Of a stretch of DNA of 64,000 nt, positions 1-9,258 are shown in pieces; within the stretch, counting starts at the first letter, position 1; each line of letters starts with the position of its first letter. Both the position numbers and the translations under genes were made by a program. This stretch comes from Candidatus Iainarchaeum sp. (lineage in GTDB: Archaea; Iainarchaeota; Iainarchaeia; Iainarchaeales; GCA-2688035). Where the stretch lies: positions 1 through 64,000 of the forward strand of contig JAFCCL010000005.1 of the NCBI GenBank assembly GCA_017610205.1, written 5' to 3'. The notes beneath the pieces are model-generated. The model saw only the letters and a list, made by a program, of their open reading frames with translations. It searched no databases and was not told where the DNA came from.

Positions 1-113
1 TAATCCACCTAATCTTCTTCTTATTGAGCTTCCTCATATAGGGTTCCACCTCTATTGAGGAAGCTCTCAAACTTACTTTATTTCTAGAGGGAACCTTATA
101 TCGGGACAAGACA
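1..113 (-). mobile_element. Probable left end of an IS element (IS481-like) with the 5' end of its transposase, running off the window
   Basis: Minus strand begins TGTCTTGTCCCGATATAAGG at 113, then SD GAGGTGG and ATG at 37 giving MRKLNKKKIRWI..., resembling archaeal IS481-type transposase N-termini from memory; inverted repeats cover the SD and start codon. Only 12 codons are visible. Confidence 0.45.
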
Positions 114-120
114 GTCTTTT

Positions 121-573
121 TTAGGTCCTTGTAAATATTTGTCTCAAAATAGCACTCATTTCTTTCCTAAGCTTATTCACCTCTCTTTTGGAAACAGGTT
201 CGGGTTTTCGTCTCATTCTTCCCCTTTGCCTTATTGCATCAATTACTTTTTCACTTGAAAGAAAGTCAATTATTCTAAGGTTTCGCTGGCTTACCCTTAA
301 TTTAAGATTCCTGTTTAAAATTGTTGAATAATAGTTCTTTGGAACAACATGATTTCCCCCAACATTTTTCCAGCCATTTACTTTCCTAAATTTCCAAACA
401 AGATTGCTTAAATAGCTGCAGTTTCTTATAACATCATTAATTTTCTCAGATTGTGTTCCTGCAAAAAAGGTGCTTCTTAGAAAATTAGCATTTACGTTTC
501 TCTCACTTTCTAAAATAAGCTGCTTAACACTGCTTTGTTTTTTGACTGTTTGTTTTCCAATACTTTTTTTCAT
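121..573 (-). CDS. Hypothetical basic protein
   Basis: 150 aa ORF, very K/R-rich, no recognisable motif. Confidence 0.6.
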   Translation of the reverse strand: MKKSIGKQTVKKQSSVKQLILESERNVNANFLRSTFFAGTQSEKINDVIRNCSYLSNLVWKFRKVNGWKNVGGNHVVPKNYYSTILNRNLKLRVSQRNLRIIDFLSSEKVIDAIRQRGRMRRKPEPVSKREVNKLRKEMSAILRQIFTRT

Positions 574-611
574 AACAAGTTACTATTTTCTTAATTAAAA
601 AACCCCTGCTT

Positions 612-629
612 TTCACCGGAAGTCTGCTC
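612..629 (+). promoter_or_regulatory. TTCACCGGAA motif upstream of nurA TATA box
   Basis: TTCACCGGAAGTCTGCTC, TTTAAA 29 nt downstream of motif start (641); recurs upstream of other repair genes. Confidence 0.65.
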
Positions 630-670
630 CCCCGCAAGTTTTTAAATGCCCTTTTTCCTTATTTTACTGG

Positions 671-1768
671 ATGGAAATTACAAGTGTAATAAATGAGGCT
701 GTTGCAAGCATTTCTAAACTGGATAGAAAACGAAAGATTTTAAGCGAAAAGCTTTTGCCTTTAACAAAACTAAATTTGCTTGAAGCAGGCTCTCCAGAGC
801 TTGCAGAGGAAAAACTCATAATTCCTGTAGAAAAGTCTTCTTTGAATTCCAAAATTGCAGGCGTTGACTCAGGCTTTGTTGACAAGGACCTTTTTGCATT
901 AGACCTTGTGCTAATAAGGGCAATAGGCGCAGTGTTTAATTACGAAAAAAATAAGCTTGCAAAAGCAGATTACTTTCCAAGCTTTTACACTTTTCCTGAA
1001 CCAAGCCTAAGCAAGGCAGGACTGGAAGCAGACGAGTTTCAGTGCAGCAAAAGCATTCAAAGGCTGATTAAAGAGGTTGAAACAGCAAAAGCACTTATTG
1101 AAAAATTTTCACCAGAATTTTGCTTTTTGGACGGAAGCATTGTTCCGCAGTATGCTGACAAGCCAAGAAAGGGCAGTGCAATTAAAACATCTTATCACGA
1201 AATGCTTGGACAATTTCAATCCCTTTATGTAACTGCGGAAAAAAACAATTGTGAGCTTGTAGGCTGTGTTGAGGACAGCAGAGGCTCTCGTTTTAGGCAG
1301 ATTTTGCAGGAACAGCTTCTTTCAAATCAAAAAAATGTCTCCTGGCAGCTTGAAGGCTGCTATGATGCAATACTTTTGGATTACCTTTTAAAGGAAGGTG
1401 AAAGAAGTTTTGCATTTAGCTATACTGCAAGCACAAGAGAGCATCCAATTCTGATGGATTTTGATGAAAAGTGGTCAAAGAGTGTTAAGGCATTTTACCT
1501 AAAGCCTGTTTTTTTTGACAGGCCTTTGCGTGTTGAATTTTTGCACCAGAACGGCGAAAGCATTTCAATGCATGCGTCAAAAGTTGCTTCAATGGTTTTT
1601 GCCCAAAGCTGCATGCACAGGGAATATGCCTATCCCTCAATTTTAATTGAAGCCGACCTGCATGCGAAGTTACACTCTCAGGAAATAGAGCTTGTTTACG
1701 ACAAGATTTTAAACAAGTTGGGAACGGGATTTAAACTAAGGCTAAGGCGCGACAGCAGGCCGTTTTGA
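671..1768 (+). CDS. nurA: NurA 5'-3' nuclease
   Basis: IAGVDSG, FLDGSI, YAYPSILIEADLHAKL motifs; upstream of herA. Confidence 0.9.
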   Translation: MEITSVINEAVASISKLDRKRKILSEKLLPLTKLNLLEAGSPELAEEKLIIPVEKSSLNSKIAGVDSGFVDKDLFALDLVLIRAIGAVFNYEKNKLAKADYFPSFYTFPEPSLSKAGLEADEFQCSKSIQRLIKEVETAKALIEKFSPEFCFLDGSIVPQYADKPRKGSAIKTSYHEMLGQFQSLYVTAEKNNCELVGCVEDSRGSRFRQILQEQLLSNQKNVSWQLEGCYDAILLDYLLKEGERSFAFSYTASTREHPILMDFDEKWSKSVKAFYLKPVFFDRPLRVEFLHQNGESISMHASKVASMVFAQSCMHREYAYPSILIEADLHAKLHSQEIELVYDKILNKLGTGFKLRLRRDSRPF

Positions 1769-1779
1769 AGGTGTGAAAA

Positions 1780-1959
1780 TTGGATAAAAAAGAAAAAGAA
1801 TTCATTGTCTGCCCTTCATGCGGTTCAACTGACATGTGCTGGCTACTTGGTGGCAAGCTTGGAGACCAGTACAAGTGCGTTAAATGCAATTATGAGGGAA
1901 TTGCCTTAAAGGGCAATGCCAAATTTGTAGCGGAAGTAAAGGAAATTGAAAAAATTTGA
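1780..1959 (+). CDS. Small Zn-ribbon protein (59 aa, not in ORF track)
   Basis: TTG start after GGTGTGA; CPSCGS...YKCVKC; fills the nurA-herA gap. Confidence 0.75.
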   Translation: MDKKEKEFIVCPSCGSTDMCWLLGGKLGDQYKCVKCNYEGIALKGNAKFVAEVKEIEKI

Positions 1960-1969
1960 GTGATTTTGT

Positions 1970-4900
1970 TTGGCTGAAAAGGAAACAGTAAAAGAAAAAG
2001 AGTCTGTAGCGAAAAAAGAACAGGGTGAGGAAAACATTGGAACAGTAATAAGCAGTTTGGAGGGCCCTTCTCCTGGAAGCCTTGATTTTGTTGCAAACAA
2101 GGGTAAGGTTCACAGAGGCCAGTTTGTGGAAATGGATTTTGACTCAGGAACACTTATTGCTCTTGTAAACGATGTTCAAAAAACAAACCGCTACTTTGAA
2201 AGGGCGGATTCAGTAAAAGAATTTGAAAGAAACGGCTCTGCAATGTTTGAACAGTTTCCAACCGCTGAATGGGAATACCTTGTTGCAAAAACAAGACCAC
2301 TGGGTGTTTTCTCCGAAGCAGGAATCAAGCGCGTTACATTTCCGCCAAGTCCTGGAACAAGAATAAGGCTTGCTTCCAAGGAAAATCTTGAACGTTTTTT
2401 GAATTTTGATAAAAACGGGTTATTGCTTGGAGAAGTTGACCACCACAACCTTCCAGTAAAACTTGGCATGTCCTCTCTCTTAAAAAAACATGTTTGTTTC
2501 CTTGCTCAATCCGGTGGCGGAAAATCTTATGCAGTTTCCGTTCTCCTTGAAGAACTTTTGGACAGGCCAAAAGAAAGTGGGCGCATTGCAACAATTGTTT
2601 TGGATCCGCATGGTGAATACAGTTGTTTTGCTACTCCGCCTTCTGAGAAAGGCAAAAAAGATTACAGTTCCAAGACAAGGCTTGTTAAAGCATCAGACAT
2701 AAAAATAGGTGTTCCAAAACTGAGTGTTGGAGTTATTTCAGGAATTCTTCCGGGATTAAGTGCTCCTCAAAAAAGGGATTTGGGCCGCATTCTAAACGAG
2801 TTAAAAGCACAGATGAAAGAAGGTTTGGGTCCGTTTGATTTGAATGACCTAAAGGACTCTGTTGCAAGGGATGAAGCAATAAAGGAAAACAGCAAAGCCC
2901 CCCTATTAGGCTGGCTTGATATGCTTCGCGAGCTAAGGCTTTTTGGCAAAACAGACAATCCAAGCATTCCTGATTTGATAAAACCAGGCAAGCTTACTGT
3001 AATAGACTTGAGTGACACAATAAACCTGAAGAAAAAACAGGTAATTGTAAGCTATTTTGCTCAAAGAATTTTTAACGAAAGGCGCAATAACAGGGTTCCC
3101 CCTTTCCTAATGGTTTTGGAGGAAGCCCACCAGTTCGTTCCCCAAATGGCAAAATCTGAAACAGCAATTTCAAGAAGCATCATAAGGACTATTGCAAGAG
3201 AAGGGCGAAAGTTTGGCGCTTCACTTTGTCTTGTTTCACAAAGACCTGTTCAGCTTGATACCACTGCTTTATCACAGTGCGTTTCGCCAGACACCGAAGT
3301 CCTTCTTGCTGACGGGCAACAGAAATCTATTAGGCATCTGAAAAACTCTTGGAACGAATCGGAAGTTTTAACTTGCAATATATTGGACGGAACTATTGAA
3401 AAGTCTGCAATATCGGCTTATCTGAAAACCAGTCCTTCTTTTGATAAAAAGAAATGTTTTAGGGTTTTATCAGAATCAGGCAGAGAACTTAGTTGCACTT
3501 CTAATCACCCTATTTGGGTAAAAGATAGAGGCTGGGTTAATGCAGGCGATTTACAGAAAGGAGATTTTGTTGCGGTTCTACCAACAGAAAATGATTTCAG
3601 TAAAGAAGCTCATGAATTAAAAATATCTTGGAATGCAATCTCCAGTATTCTTCCCTCAACAATTAATAAGAAAAAACTTTTCAATGAATTGAAAAGCCAG
3701 AAGTTTATTTGTCAAAATATTGAAAGAAAAAAAGTTCTTGCATTGGTCAGGCTGATCGGGCACATATTTGGCGACGGTACTCTCCATCCCCCCTATAAAA
3801 ATTCAGACAACCAACATCTGCTTAGAATCACTTTCTCTGGTTGCGAATCAGATCTTTTAGAAGTAAAAAAAGATTTGCAACTATTGGGTTTTAATACCGC
3901 GCAAAAGATTTGCAGACAGGAAAAAACTTCTTATTCAAATTTCATTAATTTTGGAAGAAGGAAGATAAAAGGCACCAGCACTTCTTTCAAAACAGGAATT
4001 GTTGCTCTTTGGGCTATTTTGAGAATACTGAAAGCTCCTCTTGGCTGTAAAACAGATCACAAAGTTTCTATTCCTTTATGGATAAAGAATGCAGATAAAG
4101 AAGTAAAAAGGGAATTTTTATCTGCACTGTGTGGAAGTGAATGTTCAACTGTTCGTTGGAACAATGGGCGATTTCCTGAAAAGCTTATTCTTCCATTTTC
4201 TAAAATTAGTAATCTTGTTCAAAATGGTGATATTTTTGCATCCCAACTTATGGGCCTCTTTGAAGAATTTGGGGTCAAAACGTCGCTTTACAAAAGAGAC
4301 TACGTTATTAGAAAAGACGGCACAAAAACTATCCAGTTTATTATATCAATTCAAAGAAACAGAAACAATCTCATAAACTTTTTTGGGAATATAAACTATA
4401 GGTATTCTGTTAAACGAAGCCAGGCTGGGCTTTACTCTTTAGAGTGCTTAAAGTGGTTAAATTTCAAGACTTCGGAAAAAATCTGTTTTTGGAAAAAAAT
4501 AAATGGCCTCTCTGTTGACAGGTCACCAAAAGAGATAAGTATTGCCTATAACCTAAATCAAAAAGTGGTCAAGAATTGGCTTTCAATGACCGCTACAAAA
4601 GTTAGACTTGCACCCTCTGACAATATCCCCTCTTTTCATAAGTGGTTGGCAGAAAGGACAGAGGGGCTTTCAGGCGGCTTAATTTGGGACAAAGTGAATA
4701 CTCTTGAACAAGTGGAACTCAAGGATGTTAGAGACATAACAATTCCTAAATACAACTGCTTTTTTGCTAACAGTTTTTTAACCCACAACTGCAACACCCA
4801 CATAATTCTTCGAATAACAAACCCCTATGACCTAAAACACATTGGAGAAAGTTCAGAGGGGCTTGACAGCAAAAGTGTTGACATGATTACCTCTTTAAGG

Positions 4901-5068
4901 GTTGGAGAAGCCCTGCTTGTAGGGGAAGCAACTCATTACCCTCTTTTTTTTAAGGTCAGGAAAAGGAAAAGTGCAGAAAGCAAGCATGAAAAAAGCCTTG
5001 AAAGAGCAGGGCTTGAGTTTGAACAAGGTCTTGAGGAAAAAGATGCTGAAACAGCGGAACTCTTGTGA
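1970..5068 (+). CDS. herA: HerA helicase/translocase with intein
   Basis: HAS-barrel-like N-terminus, Walker A AQSGGGKS, LDPHGEY, LEEAHQF, REGRKFG, SQRP; interrupted by intein. Confidence 0.92.
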   Translation: MAEKETVKEKESVAKKEQGEENIGTVISSLEGPSPGSLDFVANKGKVHRGQFVEMDFDSGTLIALVNDVQKTNRYFERADSVKEFERNGSAMFEQFPTAEWEYLVAKTRPLGVFSEAGIKRVTFPPSPGTRIRLASKENLERFLNFDKNGLLLGEVDHHNLPVKLGMSSLLKKHVCFLAQSGGGKSYAVSVLLEELLDRPKESGRIATIVLDPHGEYSCFATPPSEKGKKDYSSKTRLVKASDIKIGVPKLSVGVISGILPGLSAPQKRDLGRILNELKAQMKEGLGPFDLNDLKDSVARDEAIKENSKAPLLGWLDMLRELRLFGKTDNPSIPDLIKPGKLTVIDLSDTINLKKKQVIVSYFAQRIFNERRNNRVPPFLMVLEEAHQFVPQMAKSETAISRSIIRTIAREGRKFGASLCLVSQRPVQLDTTALSQCVSPDTEVLLADGQQKSIRHLKNSWNESEVLTCNILDGTIEKSAISAYLKTSPSFDKKKCFRVLSESGRELSCTSNHPIWVKDRGWVNAGDLQKGDFVAVLPTENDFSKEAHELKISWNAISSILPSTINKKKLFNELKSQKFICQNIERKKVLALVRLIGHIFGDGTLHPPYKNSDNQHLLRITFSGCESDLLEVKKDLQLLGFNTAQKICRQEKTSYSNFINFGRRKIKGTSTSFKTGIVALWAILRILKAPLGCKTDHKVSIPLWIKNADKEVKREFLSALCGSECSTVRWNNGRFPEKLILPFSKISNLVQNGDIFASQLMGLFEEFGVKTSLYKRDYVIRKDGTKTIQFIISIQRNRNNLINFFGNINYRYSVKRSQAGLYSLECLKWLNFKTSEKICFWKKINGLSVDRSPKEISIAYNLNQKVVKNWLSMTATKVRLAPSDNIPSFHKWLAERTEGLSGGLIWDKVNTLEQVELKDVRDITIPKYNCFFANSFLTHNCNTHIILRITNPYDLKHIGESSEGLDSKSVDMITSLRVGEALLVGEATHYPLFFKVRKRKSAESKHEKSLERAGLEFEQGLEEKDAETAELL
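3278..4789 (+). mobile_element. Intein (504 aa) with LAGLIDADG endonuclease in HerA
   Basis: SQ|CVSPDT start, block B TSNHPI, LIGHIFGDG, FLSALCGSE, ends LTHN|CNT. Confidence 0.92.
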
Positions 5069-5087
5069 AAGAGCCAAACTGATGATA

Positions 5088-5103
5088 GATGGACGGACTG
5101 AGG
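5088..5103 (+). repeat. Left copy of 16-bp direct repeat flanking the Fic gene
   Basis: GATGGACGGACTGAGG vs GATGGGCGGACTGAGG at 6499-6514 (15/16). Confidence 0.6.
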
Positions 5104-5188
5104 TTATAAAGGACTCAAGATTAATAAAATATTAATGTTTAGTCATTTATAGGTGGCTTTTTAAACCTTTTTTAGGCATAATTGGAGT

Positions 5189-6415
5189 ATGGTTTCACGA
5201 TTGGATGTTTTTTTGACTGTTGGCCTTTACCCTGGGCTTTCCTGTGCAGACATTGTCAAAAAAATAGGCAAGGCCCAGACATCTTACAATGCAACATATA
5301 ATCTTCTCCGAGAACTAAAAGCTGACGGATTAGTTGTGGAAAAGAAAGAATCCTTTAGTGCTTCAAAAACAAAAAAGGCGCACATGCTTCTTAGCTTGGT
5401 TTACTTTTGCTTCAAAAACGGAGTTGATTACAACAAAGTTATTTCAGAAAAAAGCGCTGAGTTCGTCAAAATGGGCTTGGAAAAAGGTCAAATAGACGGA
5501 TTGCCTTTTGATGCAAAAACAGTCAGGAGAATTGTTGCCCAGCTTTCGAAAAACGGTTTTGCTATTGTTGAGTCAAGAAAGCCTTTTTCGTGCAAAATTG
5601 TTCCATCGCAGTTCACTCAATTGCTTGTGCACTACTTTTTTGGGGAAACTAAAGTTAAATGCCCTCTGCTGTTAGATTGCTTGAATGAACGGTTTGTTAA
5701 TTCCAAGCTTGAAAAACAGTTTTCCTCATACAAGAGCCTTGAAAAAGAAAAATTCGCCTTTGACGAAATAGGGTTTATTCACGTAAGCCTTTCCCTTGAA
5801 GGCAACACCCTTACATTGTCAGAGACTGAAAAGATAATCAAACAAAACATTGCCCCTGCGTCAAAACCATTCAAAGACGCGCAACAGGTGCTCGATTATA
5901 AAAAAGCGCTTGATGGCTTTATTTTCTCTAGCAATGCACTCACGCGAGAATCGACTCTTGAATTTCACAGAACAGCAATGAATTCTTTGCCTGCAGGTGC
6001 AGGCCAGTTTAGAACAGAAAACATCAGGATAAAAGGCAACCCTAACTTTAAAACCCCTGACTGGAAAGAGCTTCCTGAGCTTTTAAGGGATTTTTTCAAG
6101 AACGCAAACGTCCAGGAAAAGAAAAAAGTTTCTGCTGTTGAAATAGTTGAAAGGGCTGCCTTTTTGCATAACGAATTCCAGCGCATCCATCCATTCATTG
6201 ATGGAAACAGTAGAGCAGCAAGGGCAATATTCCTAAAAGCACTAACCCAAACCAATTTTCCTCTAATAAAAACACCTGTGGGCTTTTCCGACCAATACAT
6301 GAAACTCACAAAACTAAGCAAAAAAAGAGACAACAAAAAATTTGCCCTCCTGATGAAACAGATAGCTCTCGAAAACCTAAAACACATAATAAAAAGACTC
6401 GAATACGAATTCTGA
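5189..6415 (+). CDS. Fic family protein with N-terminal wHTH-like region
   Basis: Fic motif HPFIDGNSRAAR; inhibitory (S/T)xxxE(G/N) motif SLSLEGN. Confidence 0.9.
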   Translation: MVSRLDVFLTVGLYPGLSCADIVKKIGKAQTSYNATYNLLRELKADGLVVEKKESFSASKTKKAHMLLSLVYFCFKNGVDYNKVISEKSAEFVKMGLEKGQIDGLPFDAKTVRRIVAQLSKNGFAIVESRKPFSCKIVPSQFTQLLVHYFFGETKVKCPLLLDCLNERFVNSKLEKQFSSYKSLEKEKFAFDEIGFIHVSLSLEGNTLTLSETEKIIKQNIAPASKPFKDAQQVLDYKKALDGFIFSSNALTRESTLEFHRTAMNSLPAGAGQFRTENIRIKGNPNFKTPDWKELPELLRDFFKNANVQEKKKVSAVEIVERAAFLHNEFQRIHPFIDGNSRAARAIFLKALTQTNFPLIKTPVGFSDQYMKLTKLSKKRDNKKFALLMKQIALENLKHIIKRLEYEF

Positions 6416-6498
6416 ACCTGCCTACAGATGCGAATACCTCGAATTGTGGGTTCAATCCGTTTCAATGCGTGGTAACTAATGCCTCATCTTTCGGGTAG

Positions 6499-6514
6499 GA
6501 TGGGCGGACTGAGG
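6499..6514 (+). repeat. Right copy of 16-bp direct repeat flanking the Fic gene
   Basis: Matches 5088-5103 at 15/16. Confidence 0.6.
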
Positions 6515-6667
6515 CAGTAGGAAATGCTATCGGAATCAAACTAAATTTTTAATAATACTTTGTGCTACTGACATTTGTTTCAAGGGAAGTGGTGAACCGA
6601 TTCTCCCATTATTGCGAAGCTGCCCTATTAAACAAAGAGAAATAGTTTTTCCTATGATTTACTGTCG

Positions 6668-6741
6668 TAGCGAGCCTTAGCAAGCCTGTTTGATTGCCTC
6701 CAAAGGCAATCAGGCCCGCACCAGACGGGCGTGACGGCTAA
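6668..6741. repeat. GC-rich structured intergenic element, homologous to 57204-57334
   Basis: Hairpins GATTGCC/GGCAATC and GCCCG/CGGGC; aligns to the reverse complement of 57204-57334 at both ends. Confidence 0.6.
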
Positions 6742-6779
6742 CGAAAGACTTTTTAAGTACTTAAGCTATTTATTTAAGC

Positions 6780-7163
6780 ATGCCTTTAGCCCATTTTGTT
6801 AATGCAGCTAGAAAAAACACACCTGTTTTGGTAAAACCTGTAGAAAATCATACTGGAGCTATTGCTGTAACTAAAAATTCAGCAATTTCTGCAACAGAAG
6901 TTGAAGATTCTCCTGTTTTGGAGCCAAGAGCAGAACTTAAGAAAAAAATGGAGATAATGAGCGAGGCAGAAAAGGCAGCAATTGAAAGGGAAAAAAGTAT
7001 TCCTCAATGGCAGCAGTGTCAGTACCTTAAATCACTTGGTGACAAAAAAATGTGTACACAGTATCTGTCTTTGTGTGCGAAGGAAAAGTGTCAAAAGCGC
7101 TTTATGGAAGCCGACTTTTTTGATTTTAAAAAACACCTAAAACATAACAGGTCTATTAAGTAA
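6780..7163 (+). CDS. Hypothetical protein with C-terminal four-Cys cluster
   Basis: 127 aa; CQYL...MCTQYLSLCAKEKC; TATA-like TTTTTAAG upstream. Confidence 0.7.
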   Translation: MPLAHFVNAARKNTPVLVKPVENHTGAIAVTKNSAISATEVEDSPVLEPRAELKKKMEIMSEAEKAAIEREKSIPQWQQCQYLKSLGDKKMCTQYLSLCAKEKCQKRFMEADFFDFKKHLKHNRSIK

Positions 7164-7194
7164 TTGGAACACCGGAAATCGCTTAGGGCAAAAA

Positions 7195-7212
7195 TTCACC
7201 GGAAACCTGCTC
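7195..7212 (+). promoter_or_regulatory. TTCACCGGAA motif upstream of polB2-like gene (partial second copy CACCGGAAA at 7170)
   Basis: TTCACCGGAAACCTGCTC, TTTAAA 30 nt downstream (7225). Confidence 0.65.
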
Positions 7213-7256
7213 TCTTTCCTTCTTTTTAAAAGCTGCAAAAAACCTATTTTTTCATA

Positions 7257-8762
7257 ATGGAATCTCCCACACCCCTCTGGCTAACTGATGTTAAATATAT
7301 GGAGGGCAAAAAGGCTATTGCAGCCGAATTCTCCCGGTTAAACTTTAGGAGAATGGTCAGGCTGTCCTTTTTTCCTTCATTTTTTTCTGAAAAAAAAGTT
7401 TTGAACATTTTCAACTTACAAAAAATCCTTTCTCAAAGCAATGAAAGGTTTACTATTCTTGATTCAGGCAATTCCTTTAAAATTTCATCAGCAACCTTTT
7501 CAGGTTTGATTAATCTTGCAGATATTTTGTTCAACGAAACAGGCTTTAGGCCACTTGTTCTGAATCCTGAAAGGCAGTTTTTGATTGAAAAAAACTGGAC
7601 TTACTTTGATTGTTTTACCTCTTTCTCTGGGAAAGAAATCTTAAAGCCCGGCTTTGCTTCTGTTCCGGTTGCAAAGTTCGGGCTTTTCTCAGAGGCCTTG
7701 CCTGAAACAATCAGACTTGCTGCAGAAGAAAGTTCTGAACTTGCAGAAAAAATTCTTGAATCAATTGCATTAAGTAAAATTCTTAAAATGCCACTTCAAG
7801 ACATTTCACATTTGGAGTTTGCTCAGGCTGAAGCTTTTCTTGAAAATGCTTTTTGGAAAACAGGATTTGGCAGGTTTTTTCAGTTAAAACAATCTGACAA
7901 AACCAAAACAACAGGCTTTCGCACAAAAGGCCTTTCCGAAATAGATTTTAGCATGCTTTGGCCAACACTGTTAACAAGTCCTTTTTACAATCTTAGTCCT
8001 GATTCAATAAACTGTAACTGTTGTAAGCCAAAAAATGCTTTGGAAAAAAACATTTTGCCAAGCACTCTTGCTGTTGTTGAAATGAAGCAGGACGGCTTTT
8101 TTTTTGAATCGTGTTCTTCTTCATTTTCTCGCAATTTTCATAAAACAATGTCTGGAAAGGAAAGCAGGCTTCGAAGAATGCAGGAATTTTATCTTAAAGA
8201 TATCCCACTAGGTCCTTTTTTCAGATTGCAGCAAGTTTCACTTCCTTTAGCAGATGCCCTAAAGCTTGCTTCTGCGAAAAAAGCCAGAATTTTAAAACAT
8301 GAATTACTTCAATGGTTTTGCCTTAAAAAAGAGGGCTCAGTTTCCAAAGCAGTTTTACATATGAACAGGACTCTTTCATTGCTTGATTCAATTTCGGATA
8401 AAGCAAGTTCTTCTGCATTAAAAGAATATGGTGTTCTTTCCCAATTAAAACTTTCAACAAATCCTGATTTTTTGCTTTGCAATGCATTGCTCAAAACAGG
8501 CACAAGGCTTCTTTGTGCAATTCCTGAACACTTGTGCAGTTCAGAAAGCGCTTTTTTTAATGAACGCCTTTGTTTTGCAATTGAATCTGTAAAATCAAGC
8601 GTTCTTGAAAACTTTGCGGATTTTGCAGGAAAAAGGGAAAGCAGGGTTGTTGCAACAGGAAAAAACAAGGCTTTTGTAAAAAGTACAAGACCACTTTCAC
8701 TAATAAGGCAATTTAGCAAAAAACAGCACATTCCTGCCCTTTTAAGGGCAAAAAGCAGGTAG
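7257..8762 (+). CDS. Degenerate family B DNA polymerase (PolB2-like, probably inactive)
   Basis: EIDFSMLWPTLL...YNLSPDSINCNCC resembles PolB motif A and the PolB2 NISPETxxCxCC segment; no KxxxNSxYG or YGDTDS motif. Confidence 0.7.
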   Translation: MESPTPLWLTDVKYMEGKKAIAAEFSRLNFRRMVRLSFFPSFFSEKKVLNIFNLQKILSQSNERFTILDSGNSFKISSATFSGLINLADILFNETGFRPLVLNPERQFLIEKNWTYFDCFTSFSGKEILKPGFASVPVAKFGLFSEALPETIRLAAEESSELAEKILESIALSKILKMPLQDISHLEFAQAEAFLENAFWKTGFGRFFQLKQSDKTKTTGFRTKGLSEIDFSMLWPTLLTSPFYNLSPDSINCNCCKPKNALEKNILPSTLAVVEMKQDGFFFESCSSSFSRNFHKTMSGKESRLRRMQEFYLKDIPLGPFFRLQQVSLPLADALKLASAKKARILKHELLQWFCLKKEGSVSKAVLHMNRTLSLLDSISDKASSSALKEYGVLSQLKLSTNPDFLLCNALLKTGTRLLCAIPEHLCSSESAFFNERLCFAIESVKSSVLENFADFAGKRESRVVATGKNKAFVKSTRPLSLIRQFSKKQHIPALLRAKSR

Positions 8763-8820
8763 TAACGAGAACATTTTTAAATTCTCCCATGCCCTGTTTA
8801 TTATAATCAAATTCTTTTTT

Positions 8821-9033
8821 TTGATTCATATGATTGACATGACAAGATTTGAAAGGGCAAGGCTTGTAACTGCAAGAGCGTTACAGCTTTCTTTTGGGGC
8901 GCCGCCTCTTGTTAAGCCAACTCCTGGCTTTTCAGCTTATGATCTTGCTAAAGAAGAGCTTGAAAAAAAGGTATTGCCTTTGACAGTAATCAGGAGATTT
9001 CCTGACGGCAGTGTTGGAAAAATTGCAATATAA
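8821..9033 (+). CDS. rpo6: RNA polymerase subunit Rpo6 (RpoK)
   Basis: TRFERARLVTARALQLSFGAP...LPLTVIRRFPDG. Confidence 0.95.
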   Translation: MIHMIDMTRFERARLVTARALQLSFGAPPLVKPTPGFSAYDLAKEELEKKVLPLTVIRRFPDGSVGKIAI

Positions 9034-9047
9034 GGGGAAGTGTTTAT

Positions 9048-9239
9048 TTGGGTAAAGCTGTTCCAAAGTCAATTAAAAGCAGGGTTGAAATATTGCTTGA
9101 AGAATTTCCTGAAAAGTTCGGAACCGATTTTGACAAAAACAAACAGGCTTTGAATGAACTTGACTTTTCACTAAGCAGGTTTAACAGAAATATGATTGCT
9201 GGCTTTATTACCAGAACAAAGAACAGCAAAAAAGAATAA
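9048..9239 (+). CDS. rps17e: 30S ribosomal protein eS17
   Basis: MGKAVPKSIK...FGTDFDKNK...RNMIAGFITR. Confidence 0.92.
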   Translation: MGKAVPKSIKSRVEILLEEFPEKFGTDFDKNKQALNELDFSLSRFNRNMIAGFITRTKNSKKE

Positions 9240-9258
9240 TTGCGAATTCTAATTAAAA

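Noticed and set aside
1531-1548. Self-target of the putative omegaRNA guide within nurA (AATTTTTGCAC)
   Set aside because: Only an 11-nt AT-rich match, with mismatches in the 5' seed; expected by chance.
5062-5103. C/D box sRNA or hammerhead ribozyme (CTGATGA...CTGA)
   Set aside because: The C box is poor, guides are short with no verifiable target, and there are no hammerhead stems or downstream GAAA; kept only as a direct repeat.
6668-6741. Integron attC site
   Set aside because: GGCTAAC occurs at one end, but there is no matching paired core site, the homologous copy lacks it, and no integrase is present.
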